Virus genome (UHGV): UHGV-1390708
Source of the DNA: a virus
Strand: one strand, 5' to 3'
DNA length: 40,460 nt
Shown here: positions 37,840 to 40,460 of the stretch, piece after piece
How the letters are laid out: every line of letters starts with the position of its first letter
Position numbering within the stretch: the first letter of the stretch is position 1
The notes under the pieces: model-generated
Seen by the model: the letters and a program-made list of their open reading frames with translations, nothing else
What the model was told of the DNA's origin: nothing
Databases searched by the model: none
Translations under genes and position numbers: made by a program

Positions 37840-38565
37840 ATGACTTTTAAGAATGTAGCAAACATCGGATCCGTTGTCACGGATAAAACCATTGACAGCC
37901 AAAGTCTTCTGATGATGGTTAATGAAGCTCGCAAGTTATGTGGAGAGCCATCAGTACGTAACAACAAATTCATCGAGAAAATTGAGGATGAATTGGAGGG
38001 CGAGACCTACACAAAAAGTGTAGGTCGGAAAAACGGGGCTGACATTGATGTTATCTCCATGACTATCAAGCAGGCGCTTCGTGTTGCTGCTCGCGAATCT
38101 AAAGCAGTTCGCCGAACACTTGTAGACAAACTTGAAAGTATGCAGGAAGCACACATTAAAAGCGGTAAATCAGCGAGTGGACTTGTTGAGTATCGTCAAG
38201 CGCGAACATTGAAAATGACGGTTGAAGCTGTTACCAATCTGTTCGATCTGATGCCAAATCTTGCGCCTGAGGCAAAGCAGACTGCGGCAGCAAGCATAAT
38301 CAACCCGATCGTTGGTTTTAATGCAATACCTCTTCCAGCAATAGAAGAGCATTACTACTCAGCAGGGGAGGTTGCAGAGCAGCTTGGAGTAACGGCCAAC
38401 AAGATTGGTCGCATTGCTAACGCAAACAACCTCAAAACTGAGCAGTACGGCAAGTTCTTCCTAGATAAATCTGCGCATTCCAGCAAACAGGTAGAGGCGT
38501 TCCGCTACAATGCGGAAGGTGTTAAAGCACTACAACACCTGATTCATGGGAGTAATGTTGCATAA
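37840..38565 (+). CDS. Antirepressor-like protein (KilA-C-like C-terminus)
   Basis: ORF 37789..38565 trimmed to MTFKNVANIG (AAGGAA Shine-Dalgarno); the C-terminus 'YYSAGEVAEQLGVTANKIGRIANANNLKT' resembles KilA-C-type domains. Confidence 0.55.
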   Translation: MTFKNVANIGSVVTDKTIDSQSLLMMVNEARKLCGEPSVRNNKFIEKIEDELEGETYTKSVGRKNGADIDVISMTIKQALRVAARESKAVRRTLVDKLESMQEAHIKSGKSASGLVEYRQARTLKMTVEAVTNLFDLMPNLAPEAKQTAAASIINPIVGFNAIPLPAIEEHYYSAGEVAEQLGVTANKIGRIANANNLKTEQYGKFFLDKSAHSSKQVEAFRYNAEGVKALQHLIHGSNVA

Positions 38566-38786
38566 TGGCAAAGAAAAAATATGGCATTATGCCGCCAAGA
38601 ATCAAAGGAAGAGCCAGGGTAAAAGGCGATGCTGGAAGGTATCACATTCTTGGAGTTCTGTGGCATGAGAGAGCTTTAATTTTAAGTAGACCTCATGGGT
38701 ACATTGAAAAGGTATCTATAGATAGAGTAGAGATTCTTCCCCTTACACCTGAAGAAGAAGAAACGTACGGACTTTTTGATAACTAA
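38565..38786 (+). CDS. Hypothetical protein (73 aa)
   Basis: ATG overlaps the upstream stop (TAATG); AT-rich; followed by a terminator. Confidence 0.5.
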   Translation: MAKKKYGIMPPRIKGRARVKGDAGRYHILGVLWHERALILSRPHGYIEKVSIDRVEILPLTPEEEETYGLFDN

Positions 38787-38794
38787 CCAACTAA

Positions 38795-38817
38795 ACCCGC
38801 TTAATCGCGGGTTTTTT
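38795..38817 (+). terminator. Intrinsic terminator
   Basis: acccgc-ttaatc-gcgggt hairpin followed by TTTTTT. Confidence 0.65.
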
Positions 38818-39058
38818 CTTTTCTAAGGATATCAGCCACAACTTCTTTTACTCGTTCCGAGATTAATGAGGCCAGCCTCTCTTCTTCATCACGATACCCG
38901 CTTACAGGTGATGGTTTGGAGAGTGATTCTTCCATCGTAGCCACAATTTCGGAATTGATAGACCTGTTATTCATTTTTGCACGTTGCTTAATCTTAGCGT
39001 GCAACTCGTGCGTAAGCCTCAAGTGGAACTGCGCCTCATCGTATTTGCTGTACATCAT
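38801..39058 (-). CDS. mnt: Mnt repressor (copy 2)
   Basis: 'NNRSINSEIVATMEESLSKPSPVSGYRDEEERLA' resembles P22 Mnt ('NGRSMNSE...SKPSPVTGYRNDAERLA'); start at the Met preceded by GAGG. Confidence 0.75.
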   Translation of the reverse strand: MMYSKYDEAQFHLRLTHELHAKIKQRAKMNNRSINSEIVATMEESLSKPSPVSGYRDEEERLASLISERVKEVVADILRKEKTRD

Positions 39059-39190
39059 CAATGCCTCACCAAATGGGTGGAATGGCATCGTAAAACCTAC
39101 TGTACAAATCAACAATCGTACCATTTCGGTATGCAACAAACACCAACCGTAGCCATGCTGCGGCGATTCCTTGTATCTGGAGCAAATTAA

Positions 39191-40460
39191 ATGACAGATT
39201 CAATAAATGCCAATGTTGTAGTAAGCATGCCTTCGCAACTCTTCACTATGGCGCGTTCTTTTAAAGCGGTTGCCAATGGCAAAATTTATATCGGAAAAAT
39301 TGACACTGACCCGGTAAATCCTGAAAACCAGATTCAGGTTTATGTAGAGAACGAAGACGGTTCTCACGTTCCTGTTTCGCAACCAATCATCATTAACGCT
39401 GCTGGTTACCCAGTATATAACGGACAGATTGCCAAATTCGTAACTGTGCAAGGTCATTCGATGGCTGTTTATGATACGTACGGTGCGCAGCAGTTCTATT
39501 TTCCTAATGTGCTGAAGTATGACCCTGACCAGTTCCGGCAGGAGCTAGAGAGAGAGTTTGCAAGCGGGGCATTCCCTGAAACAGTAAAGTATAAGTATGG
39601 ATTACCATCTGTTGTTGATGGTGCCGTATACAGAACTGTTCAGGATAAGCTTGATGATTTTGTGTTCCTTGAGGATTTCGGAGGAAAAGACGACGGAGGT
39701 ATTACTGATAACTCTTTAGCATTTAAGAAGGCGTTTGCATCAGGTGCTAAGAAAATTTATCTCAGAGGATCTGGTGTTTATGCCATGGCTACTCGTGATA
39801 TTGAGTTGCCTGCCAGGTATGAAATTATAGGTAATGCAAAAAATCCAGAGATTAAATATCTAGGTTCTGATTCAACCTTCACTATGTTTACCCTTACAGG
39901 GTCTGGCCCGGCTGCTAGTCAGTGGAAACAGGGTGGCATCTTTAGGGATGTGATCATTTCATCTGATACAGTAATTAACTGGATGGTTTGCCGACATGTC
40001 CAGAACTTAGATTTCGACAGAGTGTACTTTTACAACTCAAGAACTTTAATGAACAACTATCACTATGTTAACTTCTTTAGATGTGAACGTTGGTCGAGCG
40101 GATTTGAAGGCAGATCAGACCTTAACACAGTAAATTTCATTAGCGAGTCTCCAAAATTTTTGATGTGCTTTAGCTCAAACTCACCTATAGATGTTTGGGA
40201 TACAGCAGACCTTAGTATCACTTTCTGCACCTTTTTTGCGGGAGATTATGCAGTACAGACTAAAGTTACTCTGGTATCGCCAACAGCGCTGGACCAATTT
40301 GCTGGATACCAGGTATTTATATCCAACTCTGTTTTTGATGCAGTTTCTGGTAGCGCATGGTTACTTAACGGCATTGCGTACGGATCTATCATTGGTAACT
40401 TTGTGTCATCTGGGCGTGATGCGACAGCTTCCGGTGCTGTTGTTGATGGTGTCCGTTCAA
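39191..40460 (+). CDS. Tailspike protein (3' end truncated by the window)
   Basis: N-terminus 'ANVVVS...[35 protein letters not shown]...VLKYDPDQ' matches the P22 tailspike head-binding domain from memory; the downstream domain differs from P22; no stop before the window end. Confidence 0.85.
   Translation, partial: MTDSINANVVVSMPSQLFTMARSFKAVANGKIYIGKIDTDPVNPENQIQVYVENEDGSHVPVSQPIIINAAGYPVYNGQIAKFVTVQGHSMAVYDTYGAQQFYFPNVLKYDPDQFRQELEREFASGAFPETVKYKYGLPSVVDGAVYRTVQDKLDDFVFLEDFGGKDDGGITDNSLAFKKAFASGAKKIYLRGSGVYAMATRDIELPARYEIIGNAKNPEIKYLGSDSTFTMFTLTGSGPAASQWKQGGIFRDVIISSDTVINWMVCRHVQNLDFDRVYFYNSRTLMNNYHYVNFFRCERWSSGFEGRSDLNTVNFISESPKFLMCFSSNSPIDVWDTADLSITFCTFFAGDYAVQTKVTLVSPTALDQFAGYQVFISNSVFDAVSGSAWLLNGIAYGSIIGNFVSSGRDATASGAVVDGVRS

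Noticed and set aside
1-40460. CRISPR arrays, rRNA or tRNA genes
   Set aside because: No regularly spaced direct repeats with unique spacers and no tRNA cloverleaf or rRNA-like sequence were seen.

Overview
The window is almost entirely a temperate lambdoid phage or prophage of an enterobacterial host, with a mosaic make-up. Every call below is based on reading the sequence and the supplied ORF translations and comparing them to protein sequences and motifs I remember; no database search was run. The layout is: a leftward early arm on the minus strand (integrase, excisionase, accessory ORFs, SSB, Erf-family annealase, kil, cIII, a coiled-coil protein, ral, N); an immunity region (OL operators, an AT-rich small membrane gene downstream of cI, cI, OR operators, cro, nutR, cII with antisense oop); replication genes (an O-like initiator with internal iterons, DnaB-type helicase); a nin region (NinB, an adenine methyltransferase, NinE, NinF, a Roi-like protein, a YbcO-like protein, RusA, NinH); Q, the pR' late promoter and tR'; lysis genes S, R, Rz and Rz1; three cargo ORFs; and a P22-like morphogenesis and ejection block (terminase, portal, scaffold, coat, gp4/gp10/gp26-like, gp7/gp20/gp16-like) followed by an immI-like region with two Mnt-like repressors, an Arc-like repressor and Ant, then a tailspike truncated at the window end. 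Several proteins look lambda-type (CII, CIII, Q, S, R, NinB, NinE, NinF, Ral), while cI, cro and the operators are of a different immunity type. The best candidates for undescribed or under-described biology are the accessory genes at module junctions: a DUF2829 (Tad2-like) fusion protein after the lysis cassette, an AT-rich membrane and coiled-coil gene in the rex position, and an AT-rich module (membrane protein, HExxH protein, small basic protein) between the ejection genes and immI. No rRNA, tRNA or CRISPR array was seen, and no att core could be identified in bases 1-423.
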